DNA of 56,502 bases, the filler included, from Sphacelaria rigidula (lineage: Eukaryota): assembly GCA_964200075.2 (NCBI GenBank). It is 7 parts of 7 records of this genome, joined end to end, with 100 filler letters (N's around TTAATTAATTAA, not from the genome) between each part and the next. Parts side by side here need not be neighbours in the genome. Positions count along the whole stretch, not along the records: positions 1 to 7,987 come from CAXNAA020012737.1; positions 8,088 to 16,074 come from CAXNAA020012738.1; 5 more parts are not named here. One strand, given 5' to 3'. Numbering within the stretch: the stretch's first letter is position 1; every line of letters begins with the position of its first letter. The notes below the pieces were generated by a model that saw nothing but the letters and a program-made list of their open reading frames with translations, had not been told where the DNA came from and did no database searches. Made by a program: the position numbers and the translations under genes. Below, piece after piece: positions 1 through 11,954 of the stretch.

Positions 1-79
1 GTGAGTTTTTGTGAAACTATAAAGAAGTCCGTCCCGACCATGGTAGGGAGATGTGATTTCCAGCCCCCTGTTTCGGCTT

Positions 80-305
80 GGGGGGGGGGGGTTACACATG
101 ATCTCGCATGCTGTAGTCATGAGACCAATGACCTCGAATCTCTACAAAACCGGGACGGAGCTCGCCGGGTTTTCGCCGGACCGGGCTCGCAATCACCGAG
201 CGCGAAGCGCCGTGTGATGTTCGGTGAGTCGCATGAAGTGTGAGCTACATCCTGCTAAGATTGTTCTGCCCGAAGCGTGCTGGTTGTCTTGCATGCCAAC
301 GACGG
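80..305. repeat. Interspersed repeat family A copy (G-run followed by TACACATGATCTCGCATGC...GACGGAGC...GCGCGAAGCGCCGTG...)
   Basis: Clearly similar to 3536-3856 and 39657-39965, and in reverse to 4385-4482, 8148-8352 and 40198-40332. Confidence 0.85.
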
Positions 306-478
306 CTATTTGCATATGTCGGAAACCGATTCCCGCCTTACCCCTCTCTCAATGTCCATCACGATCAGAACAACCAATGAGCCGCGTCATCCCCAACTGT
401 CCAGCTTTGCCGATCAAAAATAGCACCGCTTGGCGTGCTCCTCTCTGCTGCACACGCTGCTCCGTGTGCTGAAAATAG

Positions 479-2962
479 ATCAGTGATGGCCATTTTTACG
501 CGAGTCACGTGGTCTTCGCCGTGTGGAACGCTATCAACGACCCCGCCTTCGCATGGCTCATCGACAATACCACCGCTTCGGGAGCTGAACGGCGGTGAGG
601 CAGAGCGAAGAGAGCAGCGCCAGAGCACGCCCCGTACGCCGCTATTTAGTGCTTACGGCAGCACTCGGCTATGGGAAAAAGGGGAGGGGAGGGAGGGGGG
701 TCATTCGCGAACATTCCACACATAGATGTACCCTGCTCTTGGATGGCGGGCGAGGTATCCAAATCCACCAAAAAGTGTGACGGAGTACAGGGAGGCGTTG
801 TCCGTTCAGCGTACCGTTGCTTCTTGAGTCTAGCATGTTCTTGTGCAGTTCATGTCCTTCAGGTTACGAACCACTTGTCACCGAAGCGCCGAGTTTTGGC
901 CTCTGGGCTTTACTGACGGTCGCTCTTTGAAAAAGTGATCTGCGTCTTCACTGTTATCCCTACCCATAGGGCTGGCCTGAGAGAGATAGCCATGCCGGCC
1001 ATCACATACCAGAGGCGAGCTAACTTTGTTGTGACGCCCGATGTTATGAAAAACGCGTCGTTCCTGCTGAAAGTTCAATTCAATCGTTATTTACTTTTGA
1101 CGGCAAAGCCTGTCGTCAAGTGCCGGGGTATTACCTCTTCACATCTTTGTTTTGTCATGCTCCATGTTCCCCCACGTTTGAATTTATATATATATTTTTC
1201 TTGTGACAGCCTGCCGGCCATCAAGTACGGTGGACCCCTGTGGTGTCTGTCATTTCTCATTCCCTGGTGGCCTTGGTCCAACGAGCCGGGCTCTTGGCTG
1301 GTCGGTGCGCACTTTTGCTTCTCCATCTGCATGTTCGACAGCTTCCTCACCTACGTGAGCAACTCAGCTGGTTTAGTTTGGTTTGGTTTGGTTTGGTTAC
1401 AGACGCGTTGAAACGAAACCTTGAAGTGCGCTGTAGCGGCCATGAACTGGCCATCGTCCAAAGTGACTGTTATTTTTAATGTTTGCGATTTTGACAAAGT
1501 GTACTGTGAGCCATTAACTGACCATCGTCCAAAGGGACTGTCATGTTTAATGTTTGCGGTTTTGGCACAAGTAGAGAGAAATCCCACAGCTTGATGAATA
1601 CGCATACATGCGCACATACGCACATGCTCACGGGCTTCGTGTGGTCTTCGCGGTGGTATACACCACTCGTACCGGAAACGACTGTTTCGGTCGTGCCATA
1701 TCCGCAATTCGTTCCCACCGCTGCTTGTTTTCCGCGATTAGGTATGAATGTGGTGTCTGCGCAAGACCTTTTCACCGAAGCCATGTTGCAGAGGACGGCC
1801 ATTTCTAGTGGTTGTTTTTTACCCGTCTATTTCCTCTTTTTTCCTTATCTTTTCTCTCATTTTATTTCTCTTAGCCTACCCTGTTTGTCTATTGTACGTT
1901 TTTTTTTTGTTTCATTCGTTTTTCTTCAGCTAGTGTTCAAGTTTTATCTCGTCTCGGGTACGTGTATCATGTGGATAATGATCACGACTGGATCATGACT
2001 ACCTGGGTAATCAGTTAAATTTTCACGATCAATCAACCAATCTATCTTTATATCTATCTACCTATTAGCCACATCATCGCGTGTGTTGGGTAGCGGCAGT
2101 TTACTGTAGCCCCCACACTGTTGAGAGTACTGCACATACGTCGTGTATTTAATGGGACCCCGAGCCTAGCAAGCATAACAAACGAAGAGGAAGGGGTGGA
2201 CGTCTCGTGAAGATCGTGTATTGGATCATTCGATTGATCCATACTGACAGCCCAGCCCGGCGTTTTTTTTTCTTCGAAACTTGTGCTGTAAAGGTGAAGT
2301 GCTGGCGAAGAAGAAGCTTCCCTTGTGAAGCAGCTCGCACTTTTTGTGGATATCTATTTCCGAAGCATGTTTCTCGAAAAGAAGAACGTTCGCAGCAAGA
2401 CTTCTTCGGCCGCAGGGTAACGGTGGAGAGCCCTGTGTATTTGTACCAGAGGTCTCAGTTGGGAAACTTCCGTGTGCTTCGAGGAAACCTACCCGGGGGT
2501 AATGCTTGTTTGTTTGTTTTGGAATGTCAATGTTCTCGCCCGCTCGCCTCCGCTTCCCCCCGCTGCGTCGGTTGCTGCAATTCGCCCGCCCACAGGTCCT
2601 CTTAGTACATTGTGCTCTGCTAGCTGACCTGACAACGGACAACACGTTGAGGAATAACTACAACAAGTGAGACGGCGAGTGTGAGCGTATATGATCCCCT
2701 TGGCTCCTACCATACAGTTTGAAGATGTGTAGTATTGCGTTGCACTCGCGCAAGGTTTACCTAAATGCCCTTGATATATTTCACGAAAAGTCGCTGGTGC
2801 TGCGTTGGAGAACCGGTCTGCTCTTGGAGGCTTTGTGGCCGTGCATGCTATCCCTGTACAGAAAATGGAAAATTATATCATTGTCATCGGGACGGGAATT
2901 GCACTTTGTCTACGATAGCACGGCAGGATTCCTGTTCGCCCCTGTGGTTTTGGACATGAAAA

Positions 2963-3017
<55 letters not shown>

Positions 3018-3210
3018 CAGGACACACTTGATTTCTGTGATTGGTCAATAAAACAATGGATTTCTACAGTATGTGTGTATTGTGTGGTGTGTTCGGCAAT
3101 TTTCAGGGTGACATTCACTGGGTATGGATATCAGTCGCGATTCCTGCTGGGTTCAAACCAATACGGTGGCACCAACTTGTGTACGCAGGAATCGTATCCC
3201 GCTTATTACA

Positions 3211-3244
<34 letters not shown>

Positions 3245-6200
3245 GGCGGCGTGTTCTGTGCCTTGTCGACCTTTTTCGTGGTGTGTGGACAATCAATCGT
3301 ATCGATCGAATCAATCAGCGTGGGAAGCTTGCTGGGGGTTGCCGGCGGAGCCGCCGGGGCGGCGTCGTACCATCTGTACGACGAAAAAAACATGGCGCCG
3401 TTTCGGCTCTTCTGTCTATGCGCGGCGGGACTATCGTGCATTGGATTTTGGTATACGGGCACAAGGTTGAATCTGGACCGGCTAGAAGGCTTCAGGAGTG
3501 AGGTGAGGGGTCGTTCAACAAGAAAGGCCGGGAGAGGGGGGGGGGGAGGGCTACTCATGATCTTGCATGCCGTAGTCATATGACCATTGACCTCGCATCC
3601 CTATAGAGCCGGGACGGAGCACAACGGGTTTTCGCAGGACCAGGCTCGCAATCAATCACCAAGCGCGAAGCGCCGTGATTTGTTCGGTGGATCGCATGAA
3701 GGGTGAGCTGTATCCTGCTAAGATTGTTTGGCCCGAATCCTACTGATTATCTTGCATATGGACGACAGCCTCCAGTGAGTTGGTTCATTTTCTAGTATCA
3801 CCACTTCCAGAGACAGCCAGGGCTTTCATACTGCCTCATGGGTGTCTCACCGTGTAAACACGACGTAGTATGACCGTTCCCTTTGCGCGCAGTCGCGGTT
3901 CTCCCATCCCGCATAATATGATCTAGCTCGACCACCATCATGGATACCGCGACAAAAACGCAAGCGCGCGCAAAAAAGCGGCAACCTGGTTGCCTAGCTT
4001 ACGCAGGGAGTGGCGTGTTTTACAGCCTCATGGCCAGCCGACGCCAACCCTATAAGGGGTCCGCCCCTACCAAGCCGGGACGGAGCACGCCGGGTTTTTG
4101 CCGGGTAGGAGGAGGCAGGGGGTGTACTCATGGGGGGCGGAGGGAAAGGGGGTAGGGGGGGGGGGAGTATCGTGTTTACAACCCATGCTACAGATATCTA
4201 TTTTGGATTCCCCGAGGAACTCTGTCGGCCTACCTTCCCAAGCCACATCGTTGTACCATCAGGGAGCAGACTCAGCTTTTCAATATTTACCCGTCGAGAG
4301 TGCTAGAGCGTCTTTCCCAAGCGAACGGTCCCCCGGAAAGTGCTCTGTTGACCCCCCTCCCTCATGAGCCTGGTCACCCTCATGGGCCTGGTACGGCGAA
4401 AACCCGGCGTCCCTTCGTCCCGGGTTCGTAGGGATGTGAGGTCAACGGCCATGTGACTACGGCATGCAAGATCATGAGCACTCCTGCCCCTACCCGCCCT
4501 CCCCAGCGGTGCTCAATCTCGAAAGAGATGCGTGGTCAACGGTCAAATTACTAAAGCAAGCAACAAATGAATATCCCCCCCCCCCGTCCCCCCGTCCCCC
4601 CGTCCCCCGCATCACGGCATGCAAGATTATGAATACATCCCCCGCCCCCGCGTCCCTATGCTTGAATGCCTCCGAGAGCATCTGGTTTGGTTGTTGTTGG
4701 AAGCACTGAATCAGACACAGGCGGGAGTAACGACGAAATATATCATGCCAGCACCACTCACCGAAGAGTGTTTTGTGATACACAGTTTTTCAGGTTTGTC
4801 GTCTAGCAGCCACAGTAGTATCGCCGAAGTGCATGGAGGCACCATATGTTTATTTTCAAGTAAGGTTGAAAATACGCTTCTTGTACTCCGCTCGTTCTTG
4901 ATAAAATGGTTGGTAGCCTCCCCTTGTTCCCCTCCATCCCTCTCAACGGCGAACCACAAAAGGTCAAGATAAGTAAAAGATAAGTAAAAAAAATGTGTGG
5001 TGTATAGAACAAACGTAATGGTCGCCCAAATGTTGGAGGTGCGTCTCTATTAGGAGTAGAAACGGTGCTTCGTCTCGAAAGGGATGCATTGTCAATGGTC
5101 AAACGACTAAGGCAAGCAATGAATGAGTACACCCCCCCCCCCCCCGCCCCGCCCCATCCCTGTAAGAATACCGTCGCCGCTGACAATGGAATCATCATCA
5201 ACGCATTAGATTATGATACTAACGGTTAAACATATCACGCGTAAGAGCACGAACGCCACACTACATACACCTAGAGATTATGGAAAGCACCACGGTACAC
5301 GTGCATACCGCAGCACAAATTCTCCGCTACTGTACCTATCCATTGTGTTCACTCTCCGATTTTCTCCCTTCCTCTCTCTCTCTGTATATGTATATGTGTG
5401 TGTCTTCACTGTAACTTTGGCTCCTCTTTTTCAGCATTGATCGTATCGTTGCTTTCCATATTCCTGTCTGTTGTTGACAGCCGAGAGCGTGTCTGCAACA
5501 ACAATATAGTGCGTGTCATTCACAGCAGTGCTGCTCGTTTATGCTACCCGTGTGCCTTGTGCACCCAAAATCCTCGTTTATTTGCCCTTCACCCTGATTG
5601 ATTGATTGATGCATTGATTGATTGATTGATTGTCGCACTTGAACTGACCACCCATGGGTCCAACCTGGACAATATACATATTTATTGTTTAAATAATATG
5701 CTGCGTACAGCATATTATCTTTTTTTCAATCTTTAACAGACACGATAGTCGATACTGTACGCAGTACACTGTTTCATACCCTGGATAATGACGATAGAAT
5801 AAACAGTCAAAAAGTATGTTGCGTACAACAGTATCTACTGTTGCGCCTATTGCAACAGACAATAGATTCCATACTGTACGCAGTACATCTTTTGACAATA
5901 GAATATATTGTCATTGTCCAGGGTGTGCACTTTTTTTACGTTGTAATAATCTACAGGTACTGTTCATGGTGTGATTTGTTGCCCACATCCAACTCACGCC
6001 CCCGCGCCCCATTGTCCGCTGTTCTTCCGTCTGCCGGCCGTATATTTCGGCACAGGAAACAAGCACTCACGGATTGCACACGCAAGACACTTATCCTGTT
6101 CGAGGGGGCTCTGGTGCATCCCCCAAGGGCAACGGCATGCGTGCTCGTAGTCCAGGCTCGGGCAACATCACCGCCGATAACGTCGACGAAGCGAGAAAAT

Positions 6201-7629
6201 CGTTGTTGTCCAAGGCTTCGAGTAAGGGGGCGACGGGAGGGAGCGAGAGAGGGGGGCGTGAGTTGTCGTTCTGGGAATTTTCGAAGCAGCTTTCTTCCCA
6301 CGGAAATTTCTGGCTGTGAGTAGTGTTACAGAATGTGTGTCTGTGTTTTCTCGGATTTCATGGAATGAAAACGACAATGAAGATGCGCCATACCCGCAGT
6401 ATCGTGGATAGATACCGCCTGTCATTGTGTGTGCTCATGTGTTGTATGTATATCCTTCAATTTTTGAACCCCTCTCCTTCGTCGGGACGAGTCCGTGGTC
6501 TTCAGCGATTGACACATCGCCCTCCAGTATATGTATATAAATATATTTGCCCGATATTTTTGTGTCGCGGATTGGAGCAGCACCTCGTCAAGCTTTTGAA
6601 CGATCTTGGGCTGGAAGTGCCACTCCCTCTCCCGCCCCCCATGGAAATTTCCATCGGTTTTATTTCTCCTTCCTTCCTTCTTTCTTCCTTATTTACTCTT
6701 TCCTTTATTATTATTATTATTTTCCATTCGACAATAGTTTTTTGCCGCTACCCTTCTTGCATCCGTACGCCCGCGTCGTCTTGACTCGCGCGCGCCGCGG
6801 ACAATATGACACTTGCGGCCAAAAAATCAGAAACAAGGAAAATCGAACAAAACACGTACATGTAATATAATACTGTAGTACTTCGTATCTTTTTGTGTGT
6901 GGAAAATGACACATACATACCGTTGATGTTTGGTGAAAGAATAATCTATTAGTCGACCTACCTGCACTTCGGTCCATTCAGCTTCGTCGGGGGGGGGGGT
7001 ACGGAGCTCATCGTTGTCGATTATTTTCATAGGCCCCGTGTTTTTTGTTGCAGTGGCGAATCTCAGGCCGATTGTTTTGGCAAAAATAGCGGTTGGAACC
7101 GGCATGTTTGGTTGAAGCCACCTCGAAGTACGATTTCGCGCCTGTTGTGATTTTTCCGTCCGCTACTTTTTGTCCTTGTTTGTGAGTATCAACTACCCTA
7201 GGGCTATCTATCTATCAATATATATATATATATTTGAAAGCACGCCGTGTTCTTCTTCAAGTGTAGTGAACGAAACGATCCGAAACATGTTTGAAATCGC
7301 GAACAACTGCGAGTTGTCAGGGGAACGGAAATGGGGGCGGGGAGGAAGGCGGCAGGCGCGGAGTTTCCTTGTCTCGTTTATCATACAGTACAGTTGTTGC
7401 TGTGTTGAGGGAGGGGTGAAGAAGACAGACCCATTAGTCAGAGTCAATCGCCGTTTCGAGCAGATCCCTATCTTCTATTACCTTTCTTGATGGCCAATTT
7501 CATCGCCATCTCTGTATCGTCGCGTCTGGTTGCATTTAGCGTCCAACATCGAGCTCTAACGTCCTACCATTCCAAGCCCGGTCGTGACTGTACTGCGCTC
7601 ACTGCATAGCCTTCGCTTGATTGCGTGGT

Positions 7630-7690
<61 letters not shown>

Positions 7691-7828
7691 TCCACGAACT
7701 TTGTGGAGAATTTCCACAATCTGTTCGACCAGTCGTTCTTCGTGTTTCTTGACACGAAGCTGCTGCGGCAATCGTTGCCCGCGGGTGCTCACGGCGTCCT
7801 CACTGCCCTTTGTCTTTATCTACCGAAA
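479..7828 (+). CDS. MFSD13A: MFSD13A/TMEM180-like major facilitator superfamily membrane protein, partial at both ends, spliced
   Basis: Exons with consistent phases: 479-594 (ISDGHFYASHVVFAVWNAINDPAFAWLIDNTTASGAERR), 1210-1354 (LPAIKYGGPLWCLSFLIPWWPWSNEPGSWLVGAHFCFSICMFDSFLTY), 2596-2666 (VLLVHCALLADLTTDNTLRNNYNN), 3319-3502 (VGSLLGVAGGAAGAASYHLYDEKNMAPFRLFCLCAAGLSCIGFWYTGTRL...), 6056-6315 (...ELSFWEFSKQLSSHGNFWL), ~7689-7828 (STNFVENFHNLFDQSFFVFLDTKLL...LYLPK). All are AG/GT bounded except the last acceptor. The motifs align in order with human MFSD13A as I recall it (WNSLNDPLFGWL, HGPLLALSFLAFWVPW, YDGFLTL, HALLADL, ASYAFWNKEDFSSFRAFC, LRQLARHRNFLWF, FHCHFNSNFF). Alignment was by eye, not by search. 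Confidence 0.88.
1437..1572. repeat. ~70 bp imperfect tandem duplication in intron
   Basis: gccatgaactggccatcgtccaaagtgactgt...tttaatgtttgcgattttg is repeated as gccattaactgaccatcgtccaaagggactgt...tttaatgtttgcggttttg. Confidence 0.75.
2963..3017. repeat. (TTG)n microsatellite
   Basis: Direct reading; intronic. Confidence 0.95.
3211..3244. repeat. (TGC)n microsatellite
   Basis: Direct reading; intronic. It is the source of the spurious poly-C/A/L/Q stretches in the ORF track. Confidence 0.95.
3536..3856. repeat. Repeat family A, apparently full-length (~310 bp) copy
   Basis: Begins after a G-run with ctactcatgatcttgcatgccgtagtc and ends catgggtgtctcaccgtgta. The same distal end is seen at ~39955-39965 and, reversed, at ~40198-40218. 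Confidence 0.85.
4385..4650. repeat. Stack of truncated family A, family B and family A copies, each followed by a C-rich run
   Basis: 4385-4482 is A reversed (...ggcatgcaagatcatgagcac). 4509-4574 is B (ggtgctcaatctcgaaagagatgcgtggtcaacggtcaaattactaaagcaagcaacaaatgaatat, then Cn). 4614-4650 is an A stub. Confidence 0.75.
4985..5160. repeat. Repeat family B copy with poly(C) flank
   Basis: ttaggagtagaaacggtgcttcgtctcgaaagggatgc...aaacgactaaggcaagcaatgaatgagtac followed by a C-run; matches 47960-48112. Confidence 0.8.
5661..5925. mobile_element. MITE-like element with imperfect terminal inverted repeats
   Basis: Left end caacctggacaat...tgctgcgtacagcat is the reverse complement of right end atactgtacgcagtacat...attgtccagggtg. 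A related sequence occurs at ~36170-36270. Confidence 0.6.
7631..7688. repeat. C58 homopolymer
   Basis: Direct reading; it sits where the exon acceptor should be. Confidence 0.95.
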
Positions 7829-7987
7829 GTGAGTTGCGTGTGTGCACGGGGGTGAAGGTCATTTGATTATCACAGCAAAGTACTTTGAGAGCACTCCCCC
7901 CCCCAGCCTGGTCCGGCGGGAGCCCGGCGTGCTCCGTCCCGGCTCTGTAGGGGCGGACCCCCTGTGGGGTGGGCGTCGGTTGGCGAT

Positions 7988-8087
7988 NNNNNNNNNNNNN
8001 NNNNNNNNNNNNNNNNNNNNNNNNNNNNNNNTTAATTAATTAANNNNNNNNNNNNNNNNNNNNNNNNNNNNNNNNNNNNNNNNNNNN
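7988..8087. other. Artificial contig spacer N44-TTAATTAATTAA-N44
   Basis: Identical 100-nt spacer with six-frame stops, repeated six times in the window. Confidence 0.98.
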
Positions 8088-8352
8088 ATCTAAACGACTA
8101 CGGCAAGCAACAAATGAGAACGCCCCCCCCCCCCCCCCCCTCCTCCGCTGCGCTTGGTGATTGCGAGCCTGGTCCGGCGAAAACCCGGCGTACTCAGCCC
8201 CGGCTTTGTAGGGGTTCGAGCCAAACGGTCTCATGGCGAATAGTCTCATAACTACGGCATACATGACCATGAATACACTCCCTCGGCCCCGGCTTTGTAG
8301 GGGTGCGAGGCCGATAGTCTTATGACTACGGCATGCGAGATCATGAGCACAT
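8088..8352. repeat. Family B end + C-run, then two reversed family A copies
   Basis: aaacgactacggcaagcaacaaatgagaac-Cn; cttggtgattgcgagcctggtccggcgaaaacccggcg...catgaatacac; ...ggcatgcgagatcatgagcac. Confidence 0.8.
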
Positions 8353-11153
8353 CCCCTCCGTCCCAGCACTTTCAACTTTCCAAGAGCGTTAGCCTCGCGT
8401 TCTGCGAGCTGGATTCGAGGCCAATCGTTCATCGGTGAGGTCGAGGATTTCATCACTGCGCCCATATCCTTCCTTCACAAGCATAGTGGAAACACCTCAG
8501 CACTCAGCGCTGCAGAATTCGTTGCCTGCGGAAGCAGAAAGGAAACTGGAAACAGTTGCACCGCCTAAAACCCCCGAATGACCACAATGACTGTTATAGC
8601 GTTGACGAGCGAGCGGGAGTGCTCAAGTGTTTCTCCAGCACGTGATAATACACTAAGGCACGCATCAAGACATGTACAAGGCACGTATCAAGACATTTGT
8701 TGCAGCGCGCTTTTAGGCCCGCGGAACGCCGGGTCGTCCGCTTCGAGGCAGCGGACCCCAAAAGAGCGACCACAACAGCATGGCATCGCCACGAGCAACC
8801 CCCGGCCCCTGCATCCAGCTCACATCAAAGCCCATATCGTTCCTGCTACTCCGGCCGATCGTTTCAGCCTCCATCGTCTTCTGTACACTCCACCCGTTGC
8901 TCTGTATCCCCTCCTTCGAAACACGTTCGTCATGAAGCGCAGCAGCGGTGCTCCCCGTCGCTCCCGCCGAAGCTCCAGCGGTAGTAGCACTCTGATGTCT
9001 TACCAGCTCGTCGCCTCCTACGGTGACCGGTGGCGGGCGATTAGTGCGCCATAATCGCCAAGGTGGCCATAGGCGGCTTTTGGAGAGTCGGGGCAATCGC
9101 GGTCTGCGATCGCTCGCCATAGACAATGACACATGCCGCTGCTGTCCCCCAGTCCTCTTTGACCCTGTTTCTTTTCATGTGTTGTATTTGTTGTGGTCAA
9201 GTTTGGAACAACGAACGACGGCATGTTTTTTGGGTGTGCGCACATGAGCGATCATGCCAACAGAGCGAGTAGTCATACTCTGGAAAGAGGGTTACTCCAA
9301 AAGGGAAAAGAGTAATCGAAAAGGAGGGGGAAGGAATGGACGGCGACACGTCAACAACTAGAGCACCCCGCATACGGCACTCCAGTGGGGTGTCTAAATC
9401 GCGCTTATTTTTTTTTTTAACCTTGCATAGTTTAGATAGATTAGTAAGGCGCACACTGGCAGTGTACGCGCTTGGGCTTTCTCGTCTAATCTGTCAGTGC
9501 TGGGAACTGTGGCTATTCCGGGACAGGTGGGTTGACCATGCTGACTTACCAACAGGGTCCTTGACCCACAGGTACAGCATGTTCATGCACTCATCCTATG
9601 GATGTTGACGCACTCTGGAAAAGACATCGGAGTGTTGTATCACATTTTTATGTCTCGCAGACCCTCCCCAGTTCTTCGCTCAACAAGCAGCGAAAACTAT
9701 TCAGGACCTTCAATACTCGAGGAACCCAACGCCAGTTTCACGTCCTCACACAGCAACAAGCCGCATATACACCCACACTGTGCAGGATGAAAAGTCAATC
9801 TTCGCTCGCCCCGATTTGCAAAAAGCAGCCCAGGCACACCCCCAAGTTCCGAAAAACATCAGCATATGCCTTCTGCAAGCTGAGTACAAGCTGGTCCGAC
9901 AATACAGCGCCAGATTCGTTCCCAGGTACGCCGTTACTATCGTCGGGAAGTACGAGGAGTAGAAACAGGGTAATGCACTACGTTCTCTGTTCACTTCAAG
10001 CCGGTAACGAATCGATGGAGACGACCTGGCCTTGACCGCCTATAATAGCGATATCTTCTCTCCCAAAATAGTGTCCATATCTCCCACGACATGGGAAATC
10101 TCTATGTAGGGATCGGGCACGGTACTGTCCATAACATGAGTATATTTCGTGAATATGCGCCACACAGAAGGCCCCGACCGTGATGATGTTTCCAGCAGCG
10201 ACATCGATCAGGATGGATGTCTAATTCGCCCCCAGTCCAAAGTATTTGACAATATTCCCCGTCAAATACTTGCGATGCGATGCAATGCGTTCCGGTGATG
10301 ACTTGTTGGCTCTTCGTGTTTGTCACCCTCGCCTGGACATGGAGTTGTGCGACACAGACTCTACAAACACATTGGTGCCTACAGCACAAACAACTGTACT
10401 CCATCGTCAAATTGTTTTGACTTATCTACTCTGGCGGCGTTATTCGAAAATCGGGAAAGTGGAAGATGTCTAATAATACGCAAAATCGCTGAATACCCGA
10501 CCGTTTCGGCCTCAGGGGACTTACTATAAAAGGTCATGAAGCACGCTTGTTCATACCACGGATACGAAGCGCGTGTCATCTTCCAACACAGAATCCGAAA
10601 CCGGGCTAGTGCAAAGCGTTGTAAATGATGACCGTTGCTGTTCCTCCTGAGAACAACCTGTACGGTGCATTGTACAAGCATTGAGACAATTTTTCAAGTA
10701 GGAAAAATATATCGAACAACTTTTTACTTGCAAACAGCGAGACATTCTCAGGAGTGCATCGATTTCGGTCCTGGTATGAAAAAAAAACGTGCTCCAAAAA
10801 AGGTTCGATTCTGTGTTTGAAAAGAATCGAACTTTTGTGCAGAAGCGGATAGAATCTTTCCAGATCTGGATTGCGGTTGAAGTATTTGGAAGCAATTTCG
10901 GAACAGATGTGTTGTGATCGTGTGGGTGAGTCAGTTGGGAGTCTTACTGTGTAGCAAGTAGCCAAGATACAAGGGCAAGTGCAAGCACGATCAAGCAGTA
11001 GTGGAGTGTGGACTAAGCTCCAGGTGTGAGTTGCGTGATACGGGCGTCGCGACTATCAGCAAGTAACAGCATCTCGAATCGCTGCCGTAGCTCGCGCGTC
11101 CTGAGTGTTTCCTGAAGGTTTTCATTCGCAGCTACTTCACGGCTCTGACCGAC

Positions 11154-11954
11154 ATGCCTTCGTCAGGAAACGCTTCGGCGGGGGCAGGCGGCAACGGTAA
11201 ACAGAGTGCCGCTGCGCCCGCCGCTGCGCCCGCCTCCCAGCCGAGGTCGTCTTCTACCACGTCTGCTACCAGAGAGGCTACACACAGTGGCGATTCTGCG
11301 TCGTCGGGGTGGCTCGCACACGACGGTGGGATGGCGGTAGGCTTGCCGCGTGCAACCATCCAACATATTGATACGTGGGACAATCAGGTGGGCGACCTCA
11401 CCGAAAATATGGGCCACGTCAACGACAGCGTGGATACCATCGCAAACAACCTGTACGGCACCAGGGCAAGCGTGGAGGGTTTGGTGTCCAAGGTCACCTC
11501 GACTTCAGACGAGGTGCGTCAGTTAAGGGAGGTGGTACAACAGCTCATTACATCAGGGGCGGGACCTGCATCATCAGGCGCTGCCTCCTTTGTAGCATCC
11601 GTCAGCCGCCCTAATGACGGTAACTTGTCCAACGCGGTGGTCAGGGGTTCTGTCACAGATGCGGCTCGGCCGCTCACTAGCGTCTCTCGTGATGTTTCCC
11701 GGCGGTCGCCGACCCGTCCAGCGGTGGTGTGGCCAGGTACGCTAGGGGTATGTGCTAATTTGTCGGATGAACCAGCTGGGCCGCGCGGGGAATTGGCGGA
11801 TGCTGGTTGGGGACACGCACCTTCAACATCGGTGCAAAGGCAAAAACCACCCATGCCCCCCGCTGCTCGATGGGACAACACCGACCTGCAGTGGGGGGCA
11901 GACATGTACCGTGCTAATTTTCTCGACTTTCGTGAGGGTTCAGAAACCCTTTAA
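11154..11954 (+). CDS. Gag-like ORF of a degenerate LTR retroelement (hypothetical, 266 aa before the stop)
   Basis: Intronless ORF with an Ala/Ser-rich N-terminus and a coiled-coil-like segment (QVGDLTENMGHVNDSVDTIANNL...DEVRQLREVVQQL). It is preceded by a TG-starting LTR/leader-like region at ~10909 and followed by stop-ridden coding-like sequence. No diagnostic motif. Confidence 0.4.
   Translation: MPSSGNASAGAGGNGKQSAAAPAAAPASQPRSSSTTSATREATHSGDSASSGWLAHDGGMAVGLPRATIQHIDTWDNQVGDLTENMGHVNDSVDTIANNLYGTRASVEGLVSKVTSTSDEVRQLREVVQQLITSGAGPASSGAASFVASVSRPNDGNLSNAVVRGSVTDAARPLTSVSRDVSRRSPTRPAVVWPGTLGVCANLSDEPAGPRGELADAGWGHAPSTSVQRQKPPMPPAARWDNTDLQWGADMYRANFLDFREGSETL

Noticed and set aside
849..1014. 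Possible extra MFS exons 849-862 and 970-1014 (GC donor)
   Set aside because: Exon 479-594 splices in phase directly to 1210 and gives homologue-like spacing (…AERR-LPAIKYGG), so they are not needed.
1930..1957. Exon-like LVFKFYLVS segment
   Set aside because: It ends in phase 1, incompatible with the phase-0 join 1354 to 2596 that restores FLTY-VLLVHCALLADL.
4794..4859. 66-nt phase-0 exon-like segment (VCRLAATVVSPKCMEAPYVYFQ)
   Set aside because: It could be inserted in frame but has no homology support and lies among repeats; RNA-seq would be needed.
7556..7855. Poly-Pro / poly-Gly ORFs
   Set aside because: Translations of the C58 homopolymer.
8032..8043. Recurrent TTAATTAATTAA at ~8.09 kb spacing, superficially like a periodic repeat or CRISPR array
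   Set aside because: Artificial six-frame-stop linker within N padding.
8500..10900. Coding-like sequence with faint retroelement resemblance (e.g. WRWVPRVLKVLN on the minus strand)
   Set aside because: Too degraded to assign by eye; no reliable motif.
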